From Ostreococcus lucimarinus (lineage: Eukaryota): 64,000 bases of DNA. Made by a program: the position numbers and the translations under genes. Under the pieces are notes generated by a model. That model saw nothing but the letters and a program-made list of their open reading frames with translations. It was not told where the DNA came from and did no database searches. Shown one piece after another: positions 19,087 through 29,270 of this stretch. Numbering within the stretch: position 1 is the stretch's first letter; every line of letters starts with the position of its first letter. The stretch lies in assembly GCA_000092065.1 (NCBI GenBank), contig CP000591.1. One strand, written 5' to 3'.

Positions 19087-22068
19087 CTAGAGCGCGTCGC
19101 GCAAGACGCCGTCGGCGCGGTACTTGTCCTTCTCGGCCTGCCGCGCTCGCGCCCTGTCGGGGTCGACGCGACGAATGCCTTGGATGCCCACGGTCGGGGG
19201 ACGACGCTCGCGTTCCCAAACTTCTTCTTCGTTGTCGATGTGGGTGGTGACGGAGAGCTTCGTGCCGCGTTTGGCGGCTTGTTCAATCTTTTCGCGAATG
19301 GCGTCGGATTGTAACGCGCTGAACGGGGCGGCGTCTTTTCCGCCGCCGGCGCCGCCGCTTTGGGAGCCGGACTTTCTAAAATCAAATACTTGTTTACCGC
19401 CGCCGCCGCCGCCGCCGTGCCACCCGCCAGCCTCCATGCTCAGACCGTTCGAGGCGATTTGTTGCAGCGACTGGTACACCGCCTCCACGTTCAACTCCAT
19501 GTTCAGTTGTTTCTCTTCAATCGTGTCGTTGCTGATGATGATGTGTGACACGTTCGACGCGGTGTCTTGGCCAACAACTTGCACTTCCTTGACAGCGATC
19601 ATGACTTGCGCGATTTGCTCTGAAATATTTACTATGTCGGCGTGCATTTGTTGCATCGCGAGCTTGATGGCGCCCATCGTCGCCCCGGGCGCCGCTCCCG
19701 AGACTGGTACATTCGTATCCTTGAATCCACCCGCTGTGACCGTTCCGATTGCACCAGCTTGCTCCCTCGCACGTCTTTTCGTATCCTCTTGGGCGCGTTC
19801 CTGCTGCAGCAACTCGCGCCAATTCGAGCACACGTTGCGCGTTGTTTCTTCTAAAAATCTTCGCATGTCGCACTCGCTCAACGCGATGCGCGCCATCTTT
19901 GGTTTGTTCAGCGCTTGTAGCGCGTGCAAAAACTCATCCTCGAAGTTACGCAATAGAGTCGGTTGATGTTGCGCGCAAATATCATAAAACACCGCGTGGT
20001 CCATGACGAGCGCCTCGACGTGTTTGTCAAACGGCATGGCGCACAACATGCCTTTATAGAACCCGGAAAGTAAACCGGGGTTGAGCACTGTGCCCGGGCC
20101 GCGGAGCAAACCTTTTTCTTCCGCGAGTTCGATTTGCTGTTCTCGCAATCGCTTGCGCTTGATTTTCTGTACGTGGGAGTGGTGGAATCCGGACGCCTCG
20201 TCGGGGGAATACGAAACTCTCCCGTTGAGCGTGATGATGAACTTATCCGCAAGTTCGTACGGATAGCATATACGTGCGCCTCGCGCGTACATGTGCGTAT
20301 CCATGGTACGACAGAGGATCTCTATCACAATCCCGTCGGGCTGCACCGTGCCATTGGCCTTTAAACCTATGGACAGCGCTTTACCGTAAATGTAAAAGTT
20401 GACGTCGGCGCGAATCGCCTCGGGGAGCGGTTGGATGATATCTCGGTTCACCAGTTTTTGAGGTTTCGCGGAAGCCTTGTAGTGCGACCGGACGCGCGAT
20501 TTCAATCCGTTTGGCATCTTGTGCTCGGACAAAAGTTCGCGTACGTGGTTCATGAGCACCGCGAAGCGATTCCCGGGCGAGTCTTCATCCATGGACATGT
20601 TCACGCCGGAGATGATGGCGGAAAATACAAAGCCCCCGGTGATCATCACGAGGATGGCTATGACGCGTTCATCGACAGTGGTCGGAACGACGTTACCGTA
20701 GCCTACCGTCGTGAGTGTTTGCACCGACCAAAACAACGCGGCAACGTACATTTCACTCTTGTGCGACTCTACACCGCTCGCGTCTTCGCGTTGAAAGTCG
20801 TACACGTAGGCGTACGCACACGCCATCCAGTGAGAAAGGAGCACTAAAAGCGCGAGCAAGCGCCCGAGAGTCACCATTTTATACACGCGCATAAGATTCT
20901 CTTGATAACGTTCCAAGATTCTACCCGTGCGCATCACGCGAAGTAGGCGCAGCATTTTGAACAAACGCAGCACCTCGGGCACTTGTGAATTCTCAGCCGC
21001 GGCGCCACACGCCGCCTCAGACTCCCACGAACACGTCAACGTGCCATCGATGCTGCGAGAAACGTAATCCACGGGGATTAGCGATATGGCGTCCGGAATG
21101 AACCAGCCTTTCAAGTAATGCTTTTGAATCTTCCACAAATTCGTCACGTAGTGAAAGTCGTCGTCATCGGCGCTCGTCTCCCAGTACGCCGTGAAGAAGT
21201 TGAAAAACATGTCAATGTAGAAATAAATATCGACCAGAAAATCCGCGACGTACCACAATCCGTACGACGGCTCGCTGAACCCGATGCGATAGGGCACGGA
21301 AATCGCGATGTACAGCAACAGGAAAATTTGTAGAAAATCCCAATACTGCCGCAGCTTCGTCGTCGGGTGCATGACGAATAACGATCTCGCCTCGTCGTCA
21401 TCGCCGTATTTCGCGATCGCCGAGGCTTCATCTTCGTCCTCATCGCTGTCCGCCGCGTTCCAATCGGCCTCGGACTCGTCGCCGTGATCCAAGAAATTTT
21501 CCAACCGGGTGGTATCAAACATCTTTTGCTTGTGCTTCTCCGACGCCGCCGCCGTCATCGCCGCCCTCGCCATCTTATTCTCATCTAACCGCCGCCTCGT
21601 GTCGCCCTCCTCCTTTTCGCGCAGCGCCTTCGCGCTCGTCGCCAACCCATGCTTCGCTCTCGCCGCGCTTCCCCGCGGCACGTTGACGATGCCCGCCTTC
21701 GCCGCCTCCTTCGCCCTTCGAATCGCATCCTTCACCTTCTCCGCCCGCGTCATCGCTCGCGTCCCGTTCGCCGCGTCGAGCTTTCCATCGCCATCCCCGC
21801 GCGCGCCCTCGTCGCTTCCCGCGCTGTCGTGCGCGCTCGCCGTCGTCGCGTCGCGCGCGTCGCTCGCGTTTGGTGTTGCGCCCGCGCCGAAGAATTCGTC
21901 GTCGGAATCGCCGTCGCGCGTCGCGCGCGTCGCGCGATCGCGCGTCTTCGCGCGCGCGCGCTCGGCGGCGGCCATCGCGCGCCTGCGCGGCGACGCGACG
22001 TCGCGACGACGCGGTGTGCGACGCGTCGCGCCGCGACCGACCGACCGACGCGCGCGTCCGTGCGCCAC
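19087..22068 (-). CDS. Voltage-gated K+ channel with a C-terminal cyclic-nucleotide-binding domain (EAG/KAT/AKT-like)
   Basis: Pore signature TTVGYGNVVP (GYG filter). S4-like segment LFKMLRLLRVMRTGRILERY. Six-transmembrane-helix topology. CNBD after the pore (RTMDTHMYARGARICYPYELADKFIITLNGRV). Long acidic and coiled-coil tail. Confidence 0.8.
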   Translation of the reverse strand: MAHGRARRSVGRGATRRTPRRRDVASPRRRAMAAAERARAKTRDRATRATRDGDSDDEFFGAGATPNASDARDATTASAHDSAGSDEGARGDGDGKLDAANGTRAMTRAEKVKDAIRRAKEAAKAGIVNVPRGSAARAKHGLATSAKALREKEEGDTRRRLDENKMARAAMTAAASEKHKQKMFDTTRLENFLDHGDESEADWNAADSDEDEDEASAIAKYGDDDEARSLFVMHPTTKLRQYWDFLQIFLLLYIAISVPYRIGFSEPSYGLWYVADFLVDIYFYIDMFFNFFTAYWETSADDDDFHYVTNLWKIQKHYLKGWFIPDAISLIPVDYVSRSIDGTLTCSWESEAACGAAAENSQVPEVLRLFKMLRLLRVMRTGRILERYQENLMRVYKMVTLGRLLALLVLLSHWMACAYAYVYDFQREDASGVESHKSEMYVAALFWSVQTLTTVGYGNVVPTTVDERVIAILVMITGGFVFSAIISGVNMSMDEDSPGNRFAVLMNHVRELLSEHKMPNGLKSRVRSHYKASAKPQKLVNRDIIQPLPEAIRADVNFYIYGKALSIGLKANGTVQPDGIVIEILCRTMDTHMYARGARICYPYELADKFIITLNGRVSYSPDEASGFHHSHVQKIKRKRLREQQIELAEEKGLLRGPGTVLNPGLLSGFYKGMLCAMPFDKHVEALVMDHAVFYDICAQHQPTLLRNFEDEFLHALQALNKPKMARIALSECDMRRFLEETTRNVCSNWRELLQQERAQEDTKRRAREQAGAIGTVTAGGFKDTNVPVSGAAPGATMGAIKLAMQQMHADIVNISEQIAQVMIAVKEVQVVGQDTASNVSHIIISNDTIEEKQLNMELNVEAVYQSLQQIASNGLSMEAGGWHGGGGGGGKQVFDFRKSGSQSGGAGGGKDAAPFSALQSDAIREKIEQAAKRGTKLSVTTHIDNEEEVWERERRPPTVGIQGIRRVDPDRARARQAEKDKYRADGVLRDAL

Positions 22069-22070
22069 AT

Positions 22071-22087
22071 CGTATGGGCAAACAGTA
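22071..22087 (-). promoter_or_regulatory. Fifth copy (reverse orientation) of the ACTGTTTGCCCATACG motif, in the K+ channel / IscA bidirectional promoter
   Basis: Plus strand reads cgtatgggcaaacagta; its reverse complement is tactgtttgcccatacg. Confidence 0.45.
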
Positions 22088-22159
22088 TAACGTTAATATA
22101 AACCATCGCCCCGACGCCGCGCCGTCGACGCGCGCGGCGCCGCGCACGCGCGCGCGCCG

Positions 22160-22594
22160 ATGTTCGCGCCCGCGACGCGCCGCGCGCTGACGCGCGCCGC
22201 GCGACGCGCGATGTGCGGCGCGCGCGCGTCCGTCGACGACGGACTGACGCTCACCGACGCGTGCGCGACGCGCCTGCGCGCCATCGCCGACGAAGACGGA
22301 AGCGCGCCCGCGCGCCTGCGGCTCGCCGTCGAGGGCGGCGGGTGCTCGGGGTTCAAGTACGAGTTCACCCTCGAGCGCGACGCGGCGACGGCGCGCGATA
22401 AGACGTTTCGAGCGGCGAACGGGGCGGAGGTGGTGGTGGATGCGATTTCGTACGAATTCGTCAAGGGGGCGACGATCGATTACGCGGAGGAGATGATCAA
22501 GAGCTCGTTCGAGGTGGTGAAGAATCCGCAGGCGGAGACGTCGTGCGGGTGCGGGGCGTCGTTCGGGGCGAAGGACGGCGCGTTCGGGGGGTGA
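22160..22594 (+). CDS. Iron-sulfur cluster assembly protein, IscA/HesB family
   Basis: LRLAVEGGGCSGFKYEFTLE ... SYEFVKGATIDYAEEM ... ETSCGCGASF with an R-rich presequence. ATG at 22160. Confidence 0.85.
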   Translation: MFAPATRRALTRAARRAMCGARASVDDGLTLTDACATRLRAIADEDGSAPARLRLAVEGGGCSGFKYEFTLERDAATARDKTFRAANGAEVVVDAISYEFVKGATIDYAEEMIKSSFEVVKNPQAETSCGCGASFGAKDGAFGG

Positions 22595-22778
22595 CGAGGA
22601 CGACGGAACGCGTCGGCGAACCGAAGACGGAAGCGCGGGAGGGGGCGCGGGGGGTAATTTTTTCTGTACCGCGCGGCGCACGGCGCGAGATTTAGGATAG
22701 GACTGCGATTGCAACACGACGATGGCTACGTTTACGAGACGACGACGGAGGGCTCGAGAGGGCTTCGATCGCGCGCGT

Positions 22779-23498
22779 CTACGCGGTCGCCGCGTCGATT
22801 TCCGCCGATACGCGCGCGGCGTCGCCCGCGGCGACGACGCGCGGCGTTCCCGCGGGAGGATCGCGACACATCTCCGGCCCAATCGTGGAATCGTCCACCA
22901 TGGTGAAGCACGGCACGTCCTTGAACTTGCCGTCGGCGTATTCGTGAATCTTTTTGACGCCGTCCAAAAACGGCAAGCTCACCATCGCCGCGAACTCGTG
23001 CACGCGCGCGCCGAGCTGATCGACGAGATTGAACCCCGCCAACGCCGTCCCACCCGTGGCGATCAAATCATCGATCAGAACCACGCGATCGCCCGCTTTG
23101 ACGCTCCCCAGGCGCATCACCGTCTCGTCCGTCGAATACTCGGTGACGTACGTCCCGCTCGACACCAGCACCCCCGGCAGCTTCCCAGCCTTGCGAATCA
23201 TCACGAACGGCACGTTCAGCGCCATCGCGATCGGCGGTCCGAACAGGAACCCTCGCGCGTCGAATCCCGCGATGTGCGTCGGTCCCGCCTCGCCCTGCGC
23301 GCGATACCTCGCGACGAACAGCTCCGTCACCGCGCGAAACACCTCGGGATTCTCCGTGATCCCGCTCACGTCGTAAAACGACGGCACGTCGTGCGGCGAG
23401 TACTCGGGTCCGTACCACGGCAGCGCCGCCGCGATCGCGCGCACCGCCGCGTCGTTTTGGTCCAAGCAAAAGTGATTTTCCCTGTCGCGCGCGCGCAT
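22779..23498 (-). CDS. APT: Adenine phosphoribosyltransferase
   Basis: IAGFDARGFLFGPPIAMALNVPFVMIRKAGKLPG...VLIDDLIATGGTALA is the PRTase type I signature. Confidence 0.85.
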   Translation of the reverse strand: MRARDRENHFCLDQNDAAVRAIAAALPWYGPEYSPHDVPSFYDVSGITENPEVFRAVTELFVARYRAQGEAGPTHIAGFDARGFLFGPPIAMALNVPFVMIRKAGKLPGVLVSSGTYVTEYSTDETVMRLGSVKAGDRVVLIDDLIATGGTALAGFNLVDQLGARVHEFAAMVSLPFLDGVKKIHEYADGKFKDVPCFTMVDDSTIGPEMCRDPPAGTPRVVAAGDAARVSAEIDAATA

Positions 23499-23724
23499 CC
23501 ATCCCGAACCGTCGTCAGCGCGTCGTTCGCGCGCGCGCGTCGTCGCGTCGCCGCGCGTCGATCGAGCGCGCGTTCGCGCTCGCGCGTCGCGCGCACCCGA
23601 GCGTTTTCACCGCGGGCGTCGCCATCGCGCGTGCGTCGTCGCGCGCGCGCGCGTCGAGGTGTGCCGACCGACGGCGTCGCCGCACGTCGCGACGCGCGTC
23701 GGACGCGCGCCGGACGCGCGCGCG

Positions 23725-24882
23725 ATGGCGTCGCGCGTCGCGTCGAGCGCGCGCGCGTCGTCGTCGCGCGTCGCGCGCGGCGAAGACGGCGCGAGGCGCG
23801 CGCGCGCGTCGGCGGTTTCGAGACGGCGCGCGGGCGCGGTCGGCGACGCGCGCGTGTGCGTCGAGACGGCGCTGCGCGACGACGACGAGACGTCGGGAGT
23901 CGCGGACGGGCCGGGGTGCTTCGCGCTCGAGGACGCGGCGGGCGCGGTGGTGTTCGTGGGGGGCGGGCGGCGCGCGCGGGACGCGCTGCGGGCGTACGCG
24001 GCGACGACGACGAGAGACGTCCGGAACGAGGTGTTCGTCGGCGCGGTCGAGACGCTGCCGAAGCGATCGAGATCGAGCGCGGTGCGAAACGCGATGAAGG
24101 CGATGCTCGAGGGGTTGGAGTACGCGCCGGAAGATAACGCGGCGGCGACGACGGCGGCGACGGCGGAAACCGTCGGATACGCGTTCTCGAGCGATCACCT
24201 GCGCGCGCTCGAGCGCGATGGGTACGTCGTCGTGGATGATTTGATATCGCAAGACGTCGCGCGGGCCGCCGCGGCGTCGGCGCGGGCGATGTACGATCGC
24301 GGGGTGATGCAGAATTTGCGACAAGAGGGCAGGGACGACGACGTCGCCGTGTTGGCGACGTCGAGCCTTCCGGCCGGGGACGAGTTCGCCGGCCTGCGGC
24401 CTTGCGTCGAGGCGTTGCTGCGCGTTCCGGACGATCTTCGACGCGTCGTCGCGCGCGTCGACGACGACGCGCTCGGTGCGGACGTCGTATCAAAAGTTCG
24501 CGCGTGTCGAGCCCCCGACCGCCTGATGCTCGCTCGATACGGCTCCGAGAGCTGTCGATACGTCCCGCATCTCGACAACGACCCCTCCGACGACGCGAAC
24601 GACGCCGGATCGCCCGGTTTACGACCATCGGACAGAGTGTTCACCCTGATCGCGTATTTGAACCCCGATTGGGACGCGACGCGCGGCGGTCGCTTTCGAG
24701 CCTATCGCCCCGGCGTCGCCGCCGACGCCGCCTCGCCGTCTGATTTCGTCGACATCGACCCGATTCTCGGCCGCGTCGTCGTCTTCGACGCCGCCAAGCT
24801 CTTGCACGAGGTTCGTCCGAGTTTTCACGACCGTTACGCCGTCACCGTGTGGACGCGCGGCGCAGAGCTTTTGCCCGCGTAG
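23725..24882 (+). CDS. EGL-9/PHD-type prolyl 4-hydroxylase (2OG-Fe(II) oxygenase; PhyA/HIF-P4H-like)
   Basis: C-terminal CRYVPHLDNDP...RVFTLIAYLNPDWDATRGGRFR...RVVVFDAAKLLHEVRPSFHDRYAVTVWT parallels the EGLN/PhyA catalytic core (HxD...H...R). First ATG at 23725 (the ORF-track start at 23659 is GTG). Confidence 0.7.
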   Translation: MASRVASSARASSSRVARGEDGARRARASAVSRRRAGAVGDARVCVETALRDDDETSGVADGPGCFALEDAAGAVVFVGGGRRARDALRAYAATTTRDVRNEVFVGAVETLPKRSRSSAVRNAMKAMLEGLEYAPEDNAAATTAATAETVGYAFSSDHLRALERDGYVVVDDLISQDVARAAAASARAMYDRGVMQNLRQEGRDDDVAVLATSSLPAGDEFAGLRPCVEALLRVPDDLRRVVARVDDDALGADVVSKVRACRAPDRLMLARYGSESCRYVPHLDNDPSDDANDAGSPGLRPSDRVFTLIAYLNPDWDATRGGRFRAYRPGVAADAASPSDFVDIDPILGRVVVFDAAKLLHEVRPSFHDRYAVTVWTRGAELLPA

Positions 24883-25019
24883 CTCCGGAGCCAGCCTTCC
24901 CGCCATATCCGATTGTCACGCGAGACTGCATTATTCGTCATCGCACGGCTCGACGCACCGCGCGCGCGCGCGCCGACGACCGCCCGAGCGAGACATCGCC
25001 CGCGCGCGCGTCGTCGCCG

Positions 25020-27506
25020 ATGTCGCGCGCCGACGCCGCGTCAGCGACGCCCGCGGCGCCGATTCCCGGTGACGAATTAATCGACGACGCGCCGTCGCCG
25101 ATCGACGCGACCGCGACCGCGACCGCGACCGCGACGGGACGCGCGCGCGACGCGGTCGCGAATGATGACTCGAGACCGACGACGAGCGCGTCGAGCGAGG
25201 ACTCGAACGCGACGATGGAGGACGTGAAAGCGTCGGACGTGGTCGAGAAGAAGATGTCGCTAAACGCGAGGCGGGTGGACCGCGGACGAACGGCGAACGG
25301 CGCGAACGCGACGGGCGCCGAACGAGGATCGAGACGACAACATGAGTCGAATAAGTTTTTGCCGTGGTTACCGGAGAGAGCGACGCTCGAGGGGACGCTC
25401 GAGAAGAAGGCGGAGGAGACGAGTTGGTTCGCGAGCGTCTTCGGCGGCGCGACGGATACTTGGAATTTGAGACACTTCATGCTGTACGAGGCGCACTTGT
25501 TTTGGGGGAAAGGATTCAGCACGATGCACGGGTACGGGACGATTTTGAGTGCGAAAGAGGCACCCGAACACGGACCTGCGGCGTTCGTGATCGAGATGAT
25601 GGCGGTGCCGAAGCGGTCGCTGCGTAGAAGTCTTCAGGAAAACGCCGACTTTATGGATCTCCTCTCGGGATTGTGCTGCAAGCCCGCGGGGTTCAAGACG
25701 ATGACTTTGCGCGCTGGAAGTCCGACGGATCGCGCGCGATGGATCGACGCGCTGCAACTGGGAATGACGAGCTCGCCGCTTTCGGCAAGAATGCCGCTTG
25801 AGTGCTCGGACGAGATCCCGCCGAGCCCGCGCGTTTCCACGGATAGCGATCGGTCCTCGCTTGATTTCAGTTTCGGGAACAAACACAAAAAGTACGAAGA
25901 ACCGCCGCCGCCGATGTCACCAGGTGCGGCGCCCGGGCGACTGTCTCAAAACGCTGCTCCGATCGACGATGAAGATGTTGGAAAATACGCCTTCAATTTG
26001 AGCGAGAACACAGGCGTCTCGAGCGGATTGCCGCCGCTGCCGAAGAAGGTGCTCGATCGTATCCCTTCGGCGCTCAAGAAGGGTTCGAGTTTTTCCACGT
26101 CGATAAACGTCAGGCGTAACTCTAGCGATGGAAACTCTAAGTCGGTGACGTTCAACGAGCACGTAGAGACGCAAGTGATCGCCAAGTCGCCGAGTAAACA
26201 CGGCCTCGCCGCGGCAGAGGAGACTGATAAAGAGTTCAGAACGCGCACGCGTCTTCTCCAAGCCGCGGGGAAGTTTAAGATCGCGGAGGAAGAGTTATCC
26301 ATAGGTGCTAAACTCGGTGTTGGGTCTTTTGGTGTCGTGCATCGCGCGAAGTGGAACGACACCGACGTCGCCTACAAAACCATGATTGCCGACAAAATGA
26401 ACGACGACACCATCAATGCCTTTGCGGAGGAGATTCGCATGATGCGCGCGTTGCGTCATCCAAACATCGTACTGTTCCTCGGTGCGGTGATTCAGCGGGG
26501 TCGAATGGGAATCGTTTCCGAGCTCATGAAGCGCGGAAACTTGGAGCAACTGTTGCACGGCAACGGTAAGTGGAGCGAGTCGCTTCGTAGCAATGGGATG
26601 CTTCGCAGACAAATGGCGGCGGATTGCGCGCGCGGGATGTTGTATTTACACTCCCTCGCCCACCCTGTTGTACATCACGACTTGAAACCGGCAAACTTGC
26701 TGGTCGATGCAAATTGGACACTGAAAGTGAGTGATTTTGGGATGAGCGAGTTGAAGAGCTACACGTACGGATCGAATTGCAAAGCTCCCGGGGGAACGCC
26801 CGAATGGATGGCGCCCGAGGCGCTTCGCGGCGACGACGTCAACGAGCTCTCCGACGTGTTTTCGTTCGGTGTCATTCTGTGGGAGCTCATCACCCTGAAT
26901 TTCCCGTGGGCCGATCTCTCGTCACCCGTGCAAATCGTCGCTCAAGTCGCGTTTTTGCACCGACGGTTGAAAATTCCGAGCTGGGTCGAGGACCCGATGG
27001 AGCAACTATTGCACGATTGCTGGACGCGTGAGACGGAGGCGCGACCAACGTTTGCGAGCATCGTCGAACGCCTCGTGGGCGATTACCCAGCCGCGTGGTC
27101 GCAAGGTAAAGAGTCGAAATCCGCCGAGCAAGAAGCGGCCGACATTCTCGCCCTGATGTCCAAAGACGACGGTTCCCCGACGTCGGCGATCGAAGACGAC
27201 GAATTCGTCGACGCTAGCGACGACATCGACGTCTCCGTCATCTCTGCCTTCGCCCCTCGCGGATTGGCCCCGATTCGCACCCCGACGCCCGTCCACGACG
27301 CCACCGCGTCCAGGACTCTCGGTTCCGAGGACGATTCCGCGGAGGAATCCAACTCGCTCGATTCCTCCGCCGAAGTCTCCGTCGCGAATTCCCCTCGTAA
27401 GCCCCCTCTCACCGCCAGCGTCGCCGCCAACGTCGGCGCTTTCCGCCCGAAGATCCTCTCGCCCCTCAAAACCCCTCGCGCGCGCGCCGGCGTCGCCGAG
27501 CCTTAG
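25020..27506 (+). CDS. Ser/Thr protein kinase (TKL/Raf-MLK-like) with an N-terminal PH-like region
   Basis: Kinase motifs GVGSFGVVHRAKW, VAYK, HHDLKPANLL, DFGMS and GTPEWMAPE. The N-terminal WNLRHFMLYEAHLFWGKG...DRARWIDALQLG is PH-like. ATG at 25020. Confidence 0.75.
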   Translation: MSRADAASATPAAPIPGDELIDDAPSPIDATATATATATGRARDAVANDDSRPTTSASSEDSNATMEDVKASDVVEKKMSLNARRVDRGRTANGANATGAERGSRRQHESNKFLPWLPERATLEGTLEKKAEETSWFASVFGGATDTWNLRHFMLYEAHLFWGKGFSTMHGYGTILSAKEAPEHGPAAFVIEMMAVPKRSLRRSLQENADFMDLLSGLCCKPAGFKTMTLRAGSPTDRARWIDALQLGMTSSPLSARMPLECSDEIPPSPRVSTDSDRSSLDFSFGNKHKKYEEPPPPMSPGAAPGRLSQNAAPIDDEDVGKYAFNLSENTGVSSGLPPLPKKVLDRIPSALKKGSSFSTSINVRRNSSDGNSKSVTFNEHVETQVIAKSPSKHGLAAAEETDKEFRTRTRLLQAAGKFKIAEEELSIGAKLGVGSFGVVHRAKWNDTDVAYKTMIADKMNDDTINAFAEEIRMMRALRHPNIVLFLGAVIQRGRMGIVSELMKRGNLEQLLHGNGKWSESLRSNGMLRRQMAADCARGMLYLHSLAHPVVHHDLKPANLLVDANWTLKVSDFGMSELKSYTYGSNCKAPGGTPEWMAPEALRGDDVNELSDVFSFGVILWELITLNFPWADLSSPVQIVAQVAFLHRRLKIPSWVEDPMEQLLHDCWTRETEARPTFASIVERLVGDYPAAWSQGKESKSAEQEAADILALMSKDDGSPTSAIEDDEFVDASDDIDVSVISAFAPRGLAPIRTPTPVHDATASRTLGSEDDSAEESNSLDSSAEVSVANSPRKPPLTASVAANVGAFRPKILSPLKTPRARAGVAEP

Positions 27507-27852
27507 CCGCCAGCCCTTTGTAAAGTTATAATTCGACTCGACGCCGCGACGCCGTCCCGTCCCGCCCAGTCCCACGCTCCCATCTTCACTCGACGCGTCA
27601 CAACGCCTCGGCCCGCGACGCGCCTCGCGCCGCCGCCGCACCGCGCGCGATGGACCCCTCGATGTTCACGCCCGAGATGATCGTGCGTCGCGACGCGCGA
27701 GCGCCGCGCCGCGACGCGAACGCGCGCGCGATGACGACCGCGACGCTTCGAAAGATCGCGCGACGCCGCGAACGCGCGCGCGACGCGAGCGAACGACTGA
27801 CGGAACGACGGATCGCGCGACTTGAACGCGAACGCAGGCGCAAGCGCAACAG

Positions 27853-29241
27853 ATGATGTCGAACATGACGCCCGAACAGATGGCGCAGATGCAACGCATG
27901 GCGGGGTCGATGGGCCTCGGCGCGCCGCCGGGCGCGGCGGAGGCGATGAAAAATATGACGGCGGAGGACATGCGACGAGCGGCGCAAGAGATGGGGAACA
28001 TGACGCCGGAACAGTTGAAGACGCAGTACGAACAGGCGCAGGGACACGCGAAAGCGAGCGCGGATTATCGATACGCGGGGAGCGAGACGCTGAAGAAGGA
28101 GGGGAATAAACTCGTGGGAGAGGGGAAACACGCGGATGCGGTGGAGAAGTACGCGCGAGTGAAGGAAAACTTGAAGGATGATGTGAACGCGGCGGCGAAG
28201 ACGCTGCGGTTGTCGTGCATGTTGAACATGGCGCTTTGTTTTAACAAGATTGGGAAGCACGACGGGGCGATTAGCGAGTGCACCGAGGCGCTCGAGCTCG
28301 AACCGCGGAGCTTGAAGGCGTACTATCGACGCGGACAAGCGTACGTGGCGAAGGGTGAGCTCGAACAAGGTGTGAATGATTTGATGCGGGCGAATAAGCT
28401 CAGTCCTGGAGATGAGACAGTGGCGGGAGAGCTCGAAGCAGCCGTCAAGCGCATGGAATCGCAAGGATTAGCCGTGCCGGCCGCCGCGCCGGAATTCGAC
28501 CATCCCGAGGCGGCGCCCACGACGAGCGCCGGCTCGAGCGGTAGTGCGATGCCGGGGATGCCTGGGATGCCGACGCTCACGCCTGATGTTCAAGCACAGG
28601 TGAGCGCGATGATGAGCGACCCGAACGCCATGGAGCAAATGTCGTCGATGATGGGCAACTTGTCCGACGATCAAATCGAGCAGATGGCGGCGACGAATCC
28701 CATGATGGCGGGCATGGACCCGGATCACGTGAAAAAGGCAGCGGGCATGATGAAGAACATGAAGCCGGAGACTATGCAAAGCATGATGAAGATGGCGCAG
28801 AGCATGGGCACGGAGGGCGGGAAAGGCTTCGACCCGAACGACCCCGAAATGATGTCCAAGATGCAAAAGGAGTTGAACAACCCGGAGATGCGCGAGGCCA
28901 TGGTTGAAATGATCCAGGGTATGGATTCGGAGTCTTTGAAGGAGATGTCCAAGAGCATGGGCATGACGATGGACGACGCGCAAGCTGAGCAAGCGGTCAA
29001 CGCTCTCAAGAACATTTCGCCAAAGACCATGGAACGGATGCTCTCAATGGCTTCCGTCGCGGGCGGGATCTACAGTCGATTCAAGCGACCGATCGATTGG
29101 GCTATGCGCAACAAGCGCACGGCGCTCAGCATCTTTGTCGTGTTCACGGCCATGGGGACGACGTACGTGCTGCGATGGTGGCGTCGCCGCGGAGGAGCCG
29201 TGGAAGCGGCTGACAACCAAACCTCGACCTCAACGTTTTAA
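27853..29241 (+). CDS. Tail-anchored TPR protein with Met-rich flanking repeats (OEP61/TPR7- or Sgt2/Tom-receptor-like co-chaperone)
   Basis: Three TPR motifs (LKKEGNKLVGEGKHADAVEKY...AYYRRGQAYVAKGELEQGVNDLMRANKLSP). Extremely Met-rich N- and C-flanks (MTPEQMAQMQRMAGSMG..., MMSDPNAMEQMSSMMGNL...MMKNMKPETMQSMMKMAQSMG). A single C-terminal transmembrane segment TALSIFVVFTAMGTTYVL followed by RWWRRRGG. Confidence 0.65.
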   Translation: MMSNMTPEQMAQMQRMAGSMGLGAPPGAAEAMKNMTAEDMRRAAQEMGNMTPEQLKTQYEQAQGHAKASADYRYAGSETLKKEGNKLVGEGKHADAVEKYARVKENLKDDVNAAAKTLRLSCMLNMALCFNKIGKHDGAISECTEALELEPRSLKAYYRRGQAYVAKGELEQGVNDLMRANKLSPGDETVAGELEAAVKRMESQGLAVPAAAPEFDHPEAAPTTSAGSSGSAMPGMPGMPTLTPDVQAQVSAMMSDPNAMEQMSSMMGNLSDDQIEQMAATNPMMAGMDPDHVKKAAGMMKNMKPETMQSMMKMAQSMGTEGGKGFDPNDPEMMSKMQKELNNPEMREAMVEMIQGMDSESLKEMSKSMGMTMDDAQAEQAVNALKNISPKTMERMLSMASVAGGIYSRFKRPIDWAMRNKRTALSIFVVFTAMGTTYVLRWWRRRGGAVEAADNQTSTSTF

Positions 29242-29270
29242 TGCTATCCTTCGTGTCAACAATTACATTC

